Origin: an uncultured delta proteobacterium
Lineage (GTDB): Bacteria; Desulfobacterota; DSM-4660; Desulfatiglandales; HGW-15
NCBI GenBank assembly: GCA_963740905.1
Contig: CAVUFY010000011.1
Coordinates: 124,926 to 188,925, forward strand
Reading direction: 5' to 3'
DNA length: 64,000 nucleotides
Part shown: piece by piece, positions 1-10,624 of the stretch
Position numbering within the stretch: position 1 is the stretch's first letter
Layout: each line of letters begins with the position of its first letter
Position numbers and translations under genes: made by a program
The notes under the pieces: model-generated
What the model saw: only the letters and a program-made list of their open reading frames with translations
The model's database searches: none
What the model was told of the DNA's origin: nothing

Positions 1-27
1 GATTTCATAAGGAAAGGAGAATTAGCC

Positions 28-597
28 ATGCCTAAAGAGATTCAATGGGAAAAGCAACTGGACAAGGCCCTCTCCAGGGCAAAAACGGAGAATAAACCGA
101 TCCTGATGTTTTTCCACAATCCGGAGTGAATCGGGTGCCAGCAGATGGGAGCAGTTACGTTCCCCGATTCCAAGGTCATCAGCTTCATCACCCAGAATGT
201 CATCCCTTTAATGCTGCCCCACGATCACAAACCTCTCGCCGATCAATTCCAGGTGAAATGGACCCCCACCCTGGTGACACTCGATTCGGACGGGAAGGAA
301 CATCACAGGACCGTGGGTTTCCTTGCCCCTGAGGACTTGATCACTTCACTGATTCTCGGGAGAGCCAAGATTCACTTCGATCATGAGAACTTCGCAGAAG
401 CATTGAAAAGCTTGGACGCCCTGCTCGAAGATTATCCAAAGAGCGGCGCGGCGCCCGAAGCCATCTACCTGCGAGGGGTCTGTCTCTACAAGACGACCCA
501 TCAGGCTAAACCTTTGAAGGATGCTTATGACAAACTGCAGGCTGTATATCCTGAGAGCGAGTGGACTAAGCGCGCTTCTCCCTACAGGCTGCTTTAG
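28..597 (+). CDS. Thioredoxin-fold protein with a TPR/YbgF-like C-terminal half. Candidate selenoprotein with an in-frame UGA (127-129) in a U-x-x-C motif.
   Basis: ATG at 28-30 lies 7 nt after AAGGAGA (14-20). Frame 28-126 is open and reads MPKEIQWEKQLDKALSRAKTENKPILMFFHNPE. TGA follows at 127-129, then IGCQQMGAV... continues in the same frame into track ORF 145..597. FFHNPE-[TGA]-IGC occupies the position of the thioredoxin CxxC, with the first Cys replaced. Confidence 0.6.
128..170 (+). promoter_or_regulatory. Candidate bacterial SECIS hairpin downstream of UGA 127-129
   Basis: Inner stem GGGAGC (147-152) pairs with GUUCCC (159-164): 6 bp including one G-U. The loop is AGUUAC (153-158) and starts 23 nt after the UGA. 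An optional outer helix is GAAUCG (128-133) with CGAUUC (165-170). Folded by eye only. Confidence 0.4.
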
Positions 598-611
598 TAA
601 ACCGCATTGGT

Positions 612-826
612 ATCGTGCACAGGTGTTTGCATGAAACGATTTGCGAACCAAGCTTCGCAGTGGAAGGGCTGGGGTCTCTTCTGAAGCGACCAGCGGGAGG
701 GGGCAGAACTCCCCCGTAGATAAGCCGTCGAAAAGACCAGACCGGCAGCTTCGGAGCGTAAGAAAAGGACCCAGCCTTTCCAGGTGCAGCCCTCCCTCCT
801 ATGCAAACACTTTTGAATGTTTCCAA
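612..826. repeat. Repeat family R1 (long-hairpin intergenic element), degenerate copy with mainly the right half conserved
   Basis: The core AGCGGGAGGGGGCAGAACTCCCCCGTAGATAAGCCGTCGAAAAGACC matches the copies at 29.5, 44.9 and 49.2 kb. The terminal motif ATGCAAACACTTTTGAATG is at 801-819, and its degenerate inverse (GTGTTTGCATG) is at ~624-634. Confidence 0.55.
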
Positions 827-847
827 GGAATTACAGAGGACACGTCA

Positions 848-2891
848 ATGCCTCGCGACATCCCGGTCGGTAATAGTCACCTCCTGATCTGTTTTGACAA
901 GAACTATCTCATCCGCGACCTCTATTTCCCTCATGTGGGCCAGGAAAATCATGTGAGCGGCAACACCTGCCGTTTTGGCGTGCGAGCCGGGACCCGGTTT
1001 TCTTGGGTTGGTGAAGAATGGAAGAAGGAACTCCTTTATGAGGAGGACACTCTCGTCACGAAAGTGAGCCTCTACCATCAGGACCTGGAGGTGCTGATGG
1101 TGTGCCGCGATGCCGTGGATTTTCACGAAGATGTGTTTCTCCGGGAGATCGTGGTAGAAAACCTGGCCCCGGAGAAGCGCCGGATCGAAGTCTTTTTCGG
1201 CCAGGATTTCGACATTTCGGGAAACAGCGTGGGCGATACGGCGGCCTATGATCCCGTGACAGGCGGCATTGTTCATTATAAGGGATCGCGCTATTTTCTC
1301 GTCAACGGTTTCTCCGATCGAGAGCAACACATATCGCAGTTTGCCGTGGGCGCGAAGAGGGCGGGCGGCAGAGAAGGAACATTTAAGGATGCGGAAGACG
1401 GTGTCCTTTCAGGCAACACGATTGCCCAAGGGTCTGTGGATTCGGTTGTTTCTCTCTCTTTGGAGCTGGAAGCGCATGGGTCAGGAAACGCCTACTACTG
1501 GATCTGTGCTGCTGAGACATGGGCTGAAGCGAGGCGTATCGATTCCGTGGTCAGGCACAAGCACCCTGAGATTCTGATAAAGCGCACCGCCGACTACTGG
1601 AATCTCTGGGTTCGCAAGGAAACGATCCCGGACGACCATTTGCCCCCCAACATTCGAAAGCTCTATCGCAGAAGCCTGCTCGTGCTGAGCACCCAGCTTG
1701 ACTGGCAGGGAGGCGTGCTCGCCGCGAACGATTCGGACGTGATCCAGTACAACAGGGATACCTATTCTTATGTCTGGCCAAGAGATGGAGCCCTGACGGC
1801 GCACGCCCTGGATCAGGCCGGTTATCCCATGTCGGCGCAAAGGTTTTACCGTTTTGCGGCGAGGGCCATCGACGAACAGGGTTATCTCCTCCATAAGTAC
1901 AATCCTGACGGGACCCTCGCATCATCATGGCATCCCTGGTTTGGGACCCATGGAACGCAGCTTCCTATCCAGGAAGATGAAACGGCGCTTGTTATCTGGG
2001 CTCTGTGGCATCACTTCGTCATCTACAGGGATATTGAATTCATCAAGTCCCTTTACCGGCCTCTCATCAAGCGTGCCGCCGATTTCATGGTTTCCTATCG
2101 AGACAAGGAAACAGGTCTACCTGCGCCCTCTTACGACCTGTGGGAAGAGCGCAGGGGCATCTCCAGCTTCACCGTTTCTGCTGTTTTTGGAGGTTTGGCG
2201 GCTGCCTCTATTTTCTGCACGGTTTTCGGCGAGGACGAAAAGGCAGGAGTCTACAGACAGGCTGCTTCGGATGTGCGAGACGCTGCATCCATGCATTTGT
2301 GGAGGGGAGAACCGGGCCGTTTCTGCCGCATGCTGTATCGCGATGACGGGAATAATCTTGAAGTGGACGGTATATGCGATTCAAGCCTCTGGGGGCTTTT
2401 TGCTTTCGGTCTTTACACCGCAGACGATCCCCGAATCGTGGCGACCATGGAAGCCCTGCGCCAAAAACTCTGGCTTTCCACAAAGACCGGCGGCATGGCA
2501 CGGTATGAGAACGACACTTACTATCGTGGGGCGAATGACGTTACAGGGAATCCCTGGTTCATTTCCACCCTTTGGCTCGCAGACTATTTTCTGGAAAAGG
2601 CCGATCAGGAAAAAGGCCCTCCCTGATGCCCTGGAACTACTCAACTGGGTGGCTGACCATGCGCTGCCGTCAGGGGTTCTTCCCGAGCAGTTACATCCCC
2701 ACACCGGGGAGCCTCTTTCCGTCTCTCCCCTGACCTGGAGTCATGCCGCTTTTCTCACCACCACGCTGCGCTACTTGCGCCGCAAGGCGGGCAAGGAGTG
2801 GGCCGCGGCTACCGCGAATCGAGAGGACTGGATCTCGAAGCTTTTCGCTGACACATGCGATGCCATCCATGGGGCATGCCGAATCAAGTGA
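848..2891 (+). pseudogene. Glycoside hydrolase family 15 (glucoamylase/glucodextranase/trehalase-type), interrupted by a 1-nt frameshift near 2610-2620
   Basis: MPRDIPVGNSHLLICFDKNYLIRDLYFPHVGQENHV... is typical of a GH15 N-domain plus (alpha/alpha)6 catalytic domain (WPRDGA, LPIQEDETALVIW). The frame of 641..2626 stops at 2624-2626. The conserved C-terminus ALELLNWVADHALPSGVLPEQ...SVSPLTWSHAAF continues in the frame of track ORF 1854..2891. Removing one G from AAAAAGGCCC restores EK-ALPDALELL. Confidence 0.75.
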
Positions 2892-2907
2892 GTTCTTTGA
2901 GAAAATA

Positions 2908-2974
2908 GGTGTTGTACCGGTGAAAATACAATATTCACCTCATTCACTCGTTCAATTCCCAGTCGTACCTTGAG
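2908..2974 (+). repeat. Repeat family R3 (about 65 nt, non-palindromic), copy A
   Basis: GGTGTTGTACCGGTGAAAATACAATATTCACCTCATTCACTCGTTCAATTCCCAGTCGTACCTTGAG aligns with the copies at 25981-26050(-), 26800-26875, 31283-31350 and 36525-36592. Confidence 0.65.
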
Positions 2975-2989
2975 ATTCTCTGTTCCCTT

Positions 2990-3125
2990 GAGTGAGTCTC
3001 CTTCCGCAGAGCAGGATGCATCGGGGGGCCCCCCGAGGGGGAGAGGGGCTCAGGGACAAAGCCTTTTCTGGAGAGACTGGCGAGAGGGCGCCGTCTTTTC
3101 GTGATTTATCTGTAGGGGAAACATC
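2990..3125. repeat. Repeat family R1, left half plus left extension only
   Basis: GAGTCTCCTTCCGCAGAGCAGGATGCATCGGGGGGCCCCCCGAGGGGG...GGCGCCGTCTTTTCGTGATTTATCTGTAGGGGAAAC matches the left part of the 44788-45026 copy. The right arm is missing. Confidence 0.6.
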
Positions 3126-3310
3126 CCGAGCAGGCAAGAAACGCCCTGGGCACTGGAAACGGAGGAAGTGGCCGACATCTGCCGTGAGCTGCCTTAAAAT
3201 CACGGAACCCCTGCTACCGGACGTGACCAACTACGGCACCCGGGGCAGCCTGAAGCTGATCGGATCATGCCGGAAGGTGGCGGTCGGCACACCCCCAGTC
3301 CTGAGGAGGG

Positions 3311-4024
3311 ATGAGAATGACAATACCCTGTGACGTTGTTTTCCTGTTCGATGTGGATAACACCCTGCTCGACAACGACCGGATAGAGAAAGACCTCCGG
3401 CGTAACTTGGAGCAGGAGTTTGGAGGTGAGAACCGGGACCGTTACTTTGGTATCTTCGAAGACCTGCGCGCCGAACTTGGGTACGCGGACTACCTGGGTG
3501 CCTTGCAGCGCTATCGACTCCAGGACCTGTGCGATCCCCGACTGCTCATAATGTCTTCCTACCTGGTGGATTATCCCTTTGCGAACCGGTTGTACCCCGG
3601 TTCTCTCGACGCCCTTGAGCATGTTCGGCCGTGGGGGCTCACGGTCATCTTGTCCGACGGCGATGTGGTCTTCCAACCACGGAAGGTGCAACGCTCGGGA
3701 CTATGGGAAGCCGTTGAAGGGCGGGTCCTGATTTACATTCACAAAGAGCAGATGCTGGACGATGTCGAACGCCACTATCCCGCCGGACATTACGTCATGG
3801 TCGACGACAAGCTGCGAATTCTGTCGGCCATGAAAAAAGCTTGGGGAAACAGGTTAACAACCGTTTGGCCACGACAGGGACATTACGCCCTCGATCCCCA
3901 GGCCCTCGCCATGTATCCTCACGCCGACCTCACTTTGGAGCGAATCGGCGATCTGGTCAGTTATGATCAATCCGTGCTGCTCGGCAATCTCAAATCTGCC
4001 CCCGGGCGATGCAGCACGAAATGA
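3311..4024 (+). CDS. HAD-superfamily hydrolase
   Basis: The N-terminal HAD motif I is VVFLFDVDNTLLDND and motif IV is VMVDD. A 41-codon paralogous fragment lies at 10499-10624(-). Confidence 0.7.
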   Translation: MRMTIPCDVVFLFDVDNTLLDNDRIEKDLRRNLEQEFGGENRDRYFGIFEDLRAELGYADYLGALQRYRLQDLCDPRLLIMSSYLVDYPFANRLYPGSLDALEHVRPWGLTVILSDGDVVFQPRKVQRSGLWEAVEGRVLIYIHKEQMLDDVERHYPAGHYVMVDDKLRILSAMKKAWGNRLTTVWPRQGHYALDPQALAMYPHADLTLERIGDLVSYDQSVLLGNLKSAPGRCSTK

Positions 4025-4179
4025 TACGCGGTCGGCAACTGATGGGGGCCAATGGATTTATCTACACCGCTCAGGTGCCTTCGGACCGCCCGGTAATGGA
4101 TTATACTGTGAGAGCAATCCCACACATCCCTGGGGTTGCGGTTCCACTCGAAGTTGCCCGAATCCTATGGCAGCGTTGA
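4021..4179 (+). pseudogene. Possible remnant of the C-terminus of an alpha-glucan (glycogen/maltodextrin) phosphorylase
   Basis: A 52-codon frame reads MIRGRQLMGANGFIYTAQVPSDRPVMDYTVRAIPHIPGVAVPLEVARILWQR*. From memory it resembles the ...YTVRv.P.HP....PlE..lI.W C-terminal tail of DUF3417-type GlgP. No upstream body is present. Confidence 0.3.
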
Positions 4180-4202
4180 CTCGATGAGAGGCGGACGTTT
4201 AG

Positions 4203-4934
4203 ATGAAAAAGGAACAGTCTTCAGCAGATTCCGAACTTCGGACATATTACAAACAGCAGGCTGCTGAGCGAGGGGTCGAGTTTGTGCAATCGGGTATGGT
4301 GGTAGGGCTCGGGACGGGCTCCACGGCTATTTTTGCGACCCGGCGCATCGCTCAATTGCTCCGCGACGGCGAGCTAAAGGATATCATCGGTTTCGCCACC
4401 TCAAAGGCAGTCTGGCATGAAGCGCAGCGGCTTCGCATCCCAATGATGGCCGAAGAGATGCCGCGCGCCATCGACATCACAATCGATGGTGCGGACGAGG
4501 TAGACCCTGACCTGAATCTGATCAAGGGTGGCGGTGGTGCGTTGCTGCGCGAAAAGATCGCTGCTCAGGCAAGCCGTCGTCTCACTATTGTGGTGGACGA
4601 CGACAAACTCTCCCCGCGATTGGGCACACGCCAATCGCTGCCGCTGGAAGTGCTCCCTTTCGGCTGGCTTTCTCAGTTTCGCTACATCGAGTCTCTGGGC
4701 GCCAAGGTCGAGGCTCGGCTGAATTCGGAGGGTTCACCGTTTATAACCGACTCGGGAAACATGATCCTCGACTGTAACTTCGGCCCGATTGCTAATCCTG
4801 TTGAGCTGGCTGCTGAGTTGAGCCTGCGCGCCGGGATCGTTGAGCACGGTCTGTTTCTCGGGCTGGCAACGGAGGCGATTGTCGCCGGAAGGGATGGCGT
4901 TCGCGACATCACTCGCAAAGATAAAGGAGGTTAA
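4203..4934 (+). CDS. rpiA: Ribose-5-phosphate isomerase A
   Basis: GLGTGSTAIFATRRIA and DITIDGADEVDPDLNLIKGGGGALLREKI are RpiA signature blocks. The length is 243 aa. Confidence 0.9.
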   Translation: MKKEQSSADSELRTYYKQQAAERGVEFVQSGMVVGLGTGSTAIFATRRIAQLLRDGELKDIIGFATSKAVWHEAQRLRIPMMAEEMPRAIDITIDGADEVDPDLNLIKGGGGALLREKIAAQASRRLTIVVDDDKLSPRLGTRQSLPLEVLPFGWLSQFRYIESLGAKVEARLNSEGSPFITDSGNMILDCNFGPIANPVELAAELSLRAGIVEHGLFLGLATEAIVAGRDGVRDITRKDKGG

Positions 4935-5747
4935 ATGGATGAATTTCGAGAAGAAAAGACCCAGTTTGTTGCCTCAATCCTTTCGGGTCCATCGATGAAT
5001 TCGAAGAAACCCTCCGTGACTTCGGATTCTTTCGGCGCAGTCTTATTCGATCTCGACGGGGTGCTGACCGCGACCGCCAAGGTACATGCTGCGTGCTGGA
5101 AGAAGACCTTTGACGACTACCTGAAGCAGCGCGAGGTGAAAACCAACGAGCCTTTTCGGCCCTTCGATCTGGACAAGGATTACAGCCTGTACGTGGACGG
5201 TAAGCCGCGTTACGACGGGGTCAAGAGCTTTCTCGAATCCCGGCGCATCCATCTCCCCTATGGAGATCCCCGCGACCCTCCGGACCGCGAAACCATCTGC
5301 GGCATCGGCAACCGCAAGGAAGAAATGGTCATCAAAATCCTTAAGACTGAAGGTGTAGAAGTATACGAAGGATCGGTGGCCTGGGTTCGTCATCTTCGCC
5401 AGGCAGGGATCAAGACTGCGGTGGTGTCATCGAGCAAGAACTGCCTCGCAGTGCTCAAAGCCGGTGGCATCGACGGATTGTTCGATGTGCGGGTGGACGG
5501 CCACGTGGTGGAAGATCAAAAACTTCCCGGCAAACCGGCGCCGGATACGTATCTTCACGCTGCCGCCTTGCTCAGCGTCACTCCCCGGCGGGCAGTAGTG
5601 GTGGAGGATGCCCTCGCAGGCGTTCAGGCGGGCCGGAATGGCGGTTTCGGTTTGGTGATCGGGGTCGATCGCAAAGGCCATGCCGATGCCCTCCGGGAAA
5701 ACGGGGCCGACGTGGTGGTGACCGATCTTGAGGAAATGCTTCCATGA
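4935..5747 (+). CDS. Beta-phosphoglucomutase-family HAD hydrolase
   Basis: It carries VLFDLDGVLTATAKVHAACWKKTF, a KPAPD motif and VVEDALAGVQAGRNGG. The start codon directly abuts the rpiA stop. It lies upstream of a GH65 phosphorylase, which is the classic pairing. Confidence 0.8.
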   Translation: MDEFREEKTQFVASILSGPSMNSKKPSVTSDSFGAVLFDLDGVLTATAKVHAACWKKTFDDYLKQREVKTNEPFRPFDLDKDYSLYVDGKPRYDGVKSFLESRRIHLPYGDPRDPPDRETICGIGNRKEEMVIKILKTEGVEVYEGSVAWVRHLRQAGIKTAVVSSSKNCLAVLKAGGIDGLFDVRVDGHVVEDQKLPGKPAPDTYLHAAALLSVTPRRAVVVEDALAGVQAGRNGGFGLVIGVDRKGHADALRENGADVVVTDLEEMLP

Positions 5748-5924
5748 TTCTTTGGAGCTGCACATCTGTATGAGGAAGGTGGTGGGCCGGGAAGGTTCAC
5801 GTTGGCGCCGCTATCGGGTCGTTTATTACGAAGTTATTCAGTTCGCCGAAGCAAGAGGAAATCTCTTCAAGGACGGGAGGAATGGCGTGGTAGTCACCGA
5901 CCCGTGCCGACTCATGGAGGCTGT

Positions 5925-8288
5925 ATGATCAAGCACTCAGCATTTCTCGTCGAGCCGTGGGCTCTCCACGAGACCGATCTGCGACTTGATCTCCTGGCTC
6001 AGAGCGAGTCACTTTTTGCCTTGTCCAATGGCCACATCGGTTTGCGTGGCAACCTCGATGAAGGGGAACCTCACGGGCTGCCGGGCACGTACCTGAATGG
6101 ATTCTACGAACTGCATCCTTTGCCCTACGCCGAGTCCCAGTACGGATCGCCGGAGTCTGGCCAGACACTCGTCAATGTAACGAACGGGAAACTGATACGC
6201 CTGCTCGTCGACGATGAGCCCTTTGACGTTCGCTACGGAGAGCTTCGGGTCCACGACCGGGTGCTCGATTTTCGCGCCGGGACATTGAGGCGAACGGCTG
6301 AATGGACCTCTCCAGCCAACCGTACCGTGCGCGTAACCTCGCTAAGATTCGTCTCACTTACGCATCGGGCGATCTTCGGCATCAGCTACGAGATCGAGCC
6401 GCTCGACGGACCTGCGAATATCGTCGTGCAATCTGAGCTCGTAGCCAACGAGCAGTTGCCGCTTCTGGGATCGGACCCGCGCGCCGCCAGCGCCATTGAA
6501 TCCCCTCTCCAATCCGAGGAGCACCTGTCACGGGACATGGGAGCAGTGCTGATCCATAGCACGAGGCGCAGCGGTCTGCGCATAGCGGCGGCTATGGATC
6601 ACTTCATCAGCGGCACCTCAAAAGCACATATCGACACGGAGTCGTCGCCCGATTCGGCTCGCGTCGTTGTCACCGATTCGCTCGAGCCGGGACATCGCCT
6701 TCGCCTGCTCAAGCTGGTTGCCTACGGATGGTCTCTCGAGCGCACGCTGCCGGCGCTGCGCGATCAGGTTGCCGCCGCCCTGGCGGCCGCGCGCCAGTCC
6801 GGATTCGAAGGCCTGCTCGCGGATCAAAGGCGATACCTCGATGATTTCTGGGCACACGCCGATGTCCAGCTCAGCGGTGATTCAGAGCTGCAGCAAGCGG
6901 TGCGTTTTGCGCTTTTCCACGTGCTCCAGGCCGGTGCGCGGGCCGAGAAGCGCGCCATTCCTGCCAAGGGGCTGACGGGGACAGGTTACAACGGCCACAC
7001 ATTCTGGGATATGGAGACGTTTGTCCTGCCCGTCCTGACTTACACCATGCCAAGTGCCGCCGCCGATGCGTTGCGCTGGCGCCATTCGACGATTTCAGCC
7101 GCCCGGCAGCGCGCGCGCGAGCTGGGTCTGGCCGGCGCCGCTTTTCCATGGCGCACCATTCATGGCGAGGAATGCTCGGGCTACTGGCCTGCGGGGATGG
7201 CTGCGTTTCATGTGAATGCCGATATTGCTGATGCCGTGATTCGGTATGTGGACGCAACCGGTGATGAGGCCTTCGAGCGTGACGTGGGCACCGACATTCT
7301 TGTGCAGACGGCGCGGCTCTGGCGCTCCCTGGGCCACCATGACCTTCAGGGCCGTTTTCGTATCGACGGCGTGACAGGACCTGACGAGTACAGCGCTATT
7401 TCCGACAACAATGTCTATACCAACCTGATGGCGGCGCGAAACCTGTCCGGTGCGGCGGATTTCTGCGAGCGAAATCAGGGTAAGGCACGCGATCTCGGCG
7501 TGACGCCCGAGGAAATGGCCGAATGGCGCGCCGCCGCCGATCGAATCTTCATCCCCTACGACCAGCGGCTGGGTGTACACCCGCAGGCTGAAGGCTTCAC
7601 CGACCACCAGATGTGGGACTTCTCCGAGGCGAGCCCTGACAAATATCCGCTTATGTTGCATTTCCCCTATTTCGATCTCTACCGCAAGCAGGTTGTCAAA
7701 CAACCGGACCTCGTGCTTGCCATGCAGCTCTGCGGTGATGCCTTTAGCGGCGAGCAAAAGGCGCGCAACTTCGACTATTACGAGCGAATCACCGTACGCG
7801 ACTCCTCCCTTTCTGCATGCACCCAGGCGGTGCTTGCAGCTGAGGTTGGGCACTTCCGTCTTGCGCTCGACTACACCGCCGAGGCCGCGCTCATGGACTT
7901 GCATGATCTGGAGCGCAATACACGCGATGGCCTGCACATTGCGTCGCTCGCAGGGACATGGAGAGCATTGGTAAATGGCTTTGGCGGGATGCGCGATCAC
8001 GCCGGAGTGCTTTCGTTTGCGCCCCGCCTGCCGGATGGCCTCGCGGCCATGTCCTTCTCTATCTTGCATCGCGGTTGTTGTATTCACGTAGAGGTGACCA
8101 CGAACGCGGCAAACTACCGTCTGACACAGGGGGCCGGGCCGCTACGAATACTGCATCACGGAGTGCAGTTGACACTGAACAACTCCACTCCTATCGAGCA
8201 GCCGATTCCGGCTATAGCCCCACGTGAGCCACCCCGGCAACCTCCCGGCCGGGAGCCTCAGCGTCGCTCGCCGGGGGGAGGCCCTTGA
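5925..8288 (+). CDS. Glycoside hydrolase family 65 phosphorylase (maltose/trehalose/kojibiose phosphorylase type)
   Basis: GGAGG lies 5 nt before ATG 5925. The N-terminus is MIKHSAFLVEPWALHETDLRLDLLAQSESLFALSNGHIGLRGNLDEGEP. It also carries GLTGTGYNGHTFWDMETF and the catalytic-region block ISDNNVYTN. There is an unusual Pro/Arg-rich 30-40 aa tail. Confidence 0.85.
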   Translation: MIKHSAFLVEPWALHETDLRLDLLAQSESLFALSNGHIGLRGNLDEGEPHGLPGTYLNGFYELHPLPYAESQYGSPESGQTLVNVTNGKLIRLLVDDEPFDVRYGELRVHDRVLDFRAGTLRRTAEWTSPANRTVRVTSLRFVSLTHRAIFGISYEIEPLDGPANIVVQSELVANEQLPLLGSDPRAASAIESPLQSEEHLSRDMGAVLIHSTRRSGLRIAAAMDHFISGTSKAHIDTESSPDSARVVVTDSLEPGHRLRLLKLVAYGWSLERTLPALRDQVAAALAAARQSGFEGLLADQRRYLDDFWAHADVQLSGDSELQQAVRFALFHVLQAGARAEKRAIPAKGLTGTGYNGHTFWDMETFVLPVLTYTMPSAAADALRWRHSTISAARQRARELGLAGAAFPWRTIHGEECSGYWPAGMAAFHVNADIADAVIRYVDATGDEAFERDVGTDILVQTARLWRSLGHHDLQGRFRIDGVTGPDEYSAISDNNVYTNLMAARNLSGAADFCERNQGKARDLGVTPEEMAEWRAAADRIFIPYDQRLGVHPQAEGFTDHQMWDFSEASPDKYPLMLHFPYFDLYRKQVVKQPDLVLAMQLCGDAFSGEQKARNFDYYERITVRDSSLSACTQAVLAAEVGHFRLALDYTAEAALMDLHDLERNTRDGLHIASLAGTWRALVNGFGGMRDHAGVLSFAPRLPDGLAAMSFSILHRGCCIHVEVTTNAANYRLTQGAGPLRILHHGVQLTLNNSTPIEQPIPAIAPREPPRQPPGREPQRRSPGGGP

Positions 8289-8492
8289 CGAAATTCTACT
8301 GCGGGTCCACCTTGTCGAGCCCGTCAATGGTCACGTCGATCTTTGCAGGAGATTCTCGCTGCTGCTGCGCTCGCAAGCACCGCGAAAAATACTGCCGTGA
8401 TCACGACATGATGGGAAAACGGAAAAATCGGTCATGACTCCCTCCTCAGCTTGGCGGCGGCCGGTGCGTCCACCAGCCAGTGCAGTTCCCCG

Positions 8493-8609
8493 GAGGGCCA
8501 GGGTAAAGCGGCCGCGCGCGGCTATGGCTTCGGCAGACAGCTCGATGATCAAATCCGCTGCACTGCTGATCAGGCCTTCTTGGTCCGAGTAAACGGTAAT
8601 CCTGGACGT
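8493..8609 (-). pseudogene. pgl: 6-phosphogluconolactonase (pgl) N-terminal fragment with the start codon apparently mutated (ACG)
   Basis: The minus strand reads GGAAGGAAAC-ACG-TCC...: (T)SRITVYSDQEGLISSAADLIIELSAEAIAARGRFTLAL, a typical Pgl N-terminus. The expected SGGSTP motif and the rest of the gene are absent. There is no ATG/GTG/TTG where the start should be. Confidence 0.45.
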
Positions 8610-8659
8610 GTTTCCTTCCCGGATAGGAGACTAGCGGGGTCCCGAAAAAGTCCTTGTTT

Positions 8660-8786
8660 GCAGGTTGCTCAAAAATGCCTAAGATGCAAGGCGTCCGAAA
8701 TCCTGAGGAGTGAGACGTACATATAAGTACGTCGCAACGACGAAGGATGAGGGCAACGCCGCAGATGGGCATTTTTCAGCAACCTG

Positions 8787-8787
<1 letters not shown>
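8660..8787 (-). repeat. Repeat family R2 (about 125-nt imperfect palindrome), copy a
   Basis: GCAGGTTGCTCAAAAATGCC...GACGTACATATAAGTACGTC...GGCATTTTTCAGCAACCTGC. Its reverse complement is about 80% identical by eye to 38231-38355. It abuts the pgi stop codon. Confidence 0.75.
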
Positions 8788-10428
<1,641 letters not shown>

Positions 10429-10498
10429 GGTTATTCCTTTCCCTTAGACTGGTTCTTAAGTTCTTAGTCTCCGTCCCGATGGCGTTATGCAGGTCCCA

Positions 10499-10624
10499 TC
10501 ACGATACGTAGAGACGCGGCCCCTTCCTCCTGAGATACTGGCGCAGATCCTGCTCCACACGGTCATTGTTCAGCAGCGTATTGTCCACGTCGAACAGGAA
10601 TACATGTTCATGTTTTTCTGTCAT
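10499..10624 (-). pseudogene. Truncated HAD hydrolase fragment (41 codons), paralogous to 3311..4024
   Basis: MTEKHEHVFLFDVDNTLLNNDRVEQDLRQYL... aligns with VVFLFDVDNTLLDNDRIEKDLRRNL of the full-length gene and then terminates. Its ATG overlaps the zwf TGA (ATGA at 10621-10624). Confidence 0.6.

Noticed and set aside
7095-8087. A 330-aa minus-strand ORF. Many other long antisense ORFs occur as well, for example 9174..10160(+), 24883..25506(+), 25089..25880(+) and 33402-35443 in various frames.
   Set aside because: They lie antisense to, or out of frame with, well-supported genes (GH65, pgi, ADH, Mo subunit) in GC-rich stretches where stop codons are rare. The translations are Arg/Pro/Gly-rich low-complexity sequence with no motifs.
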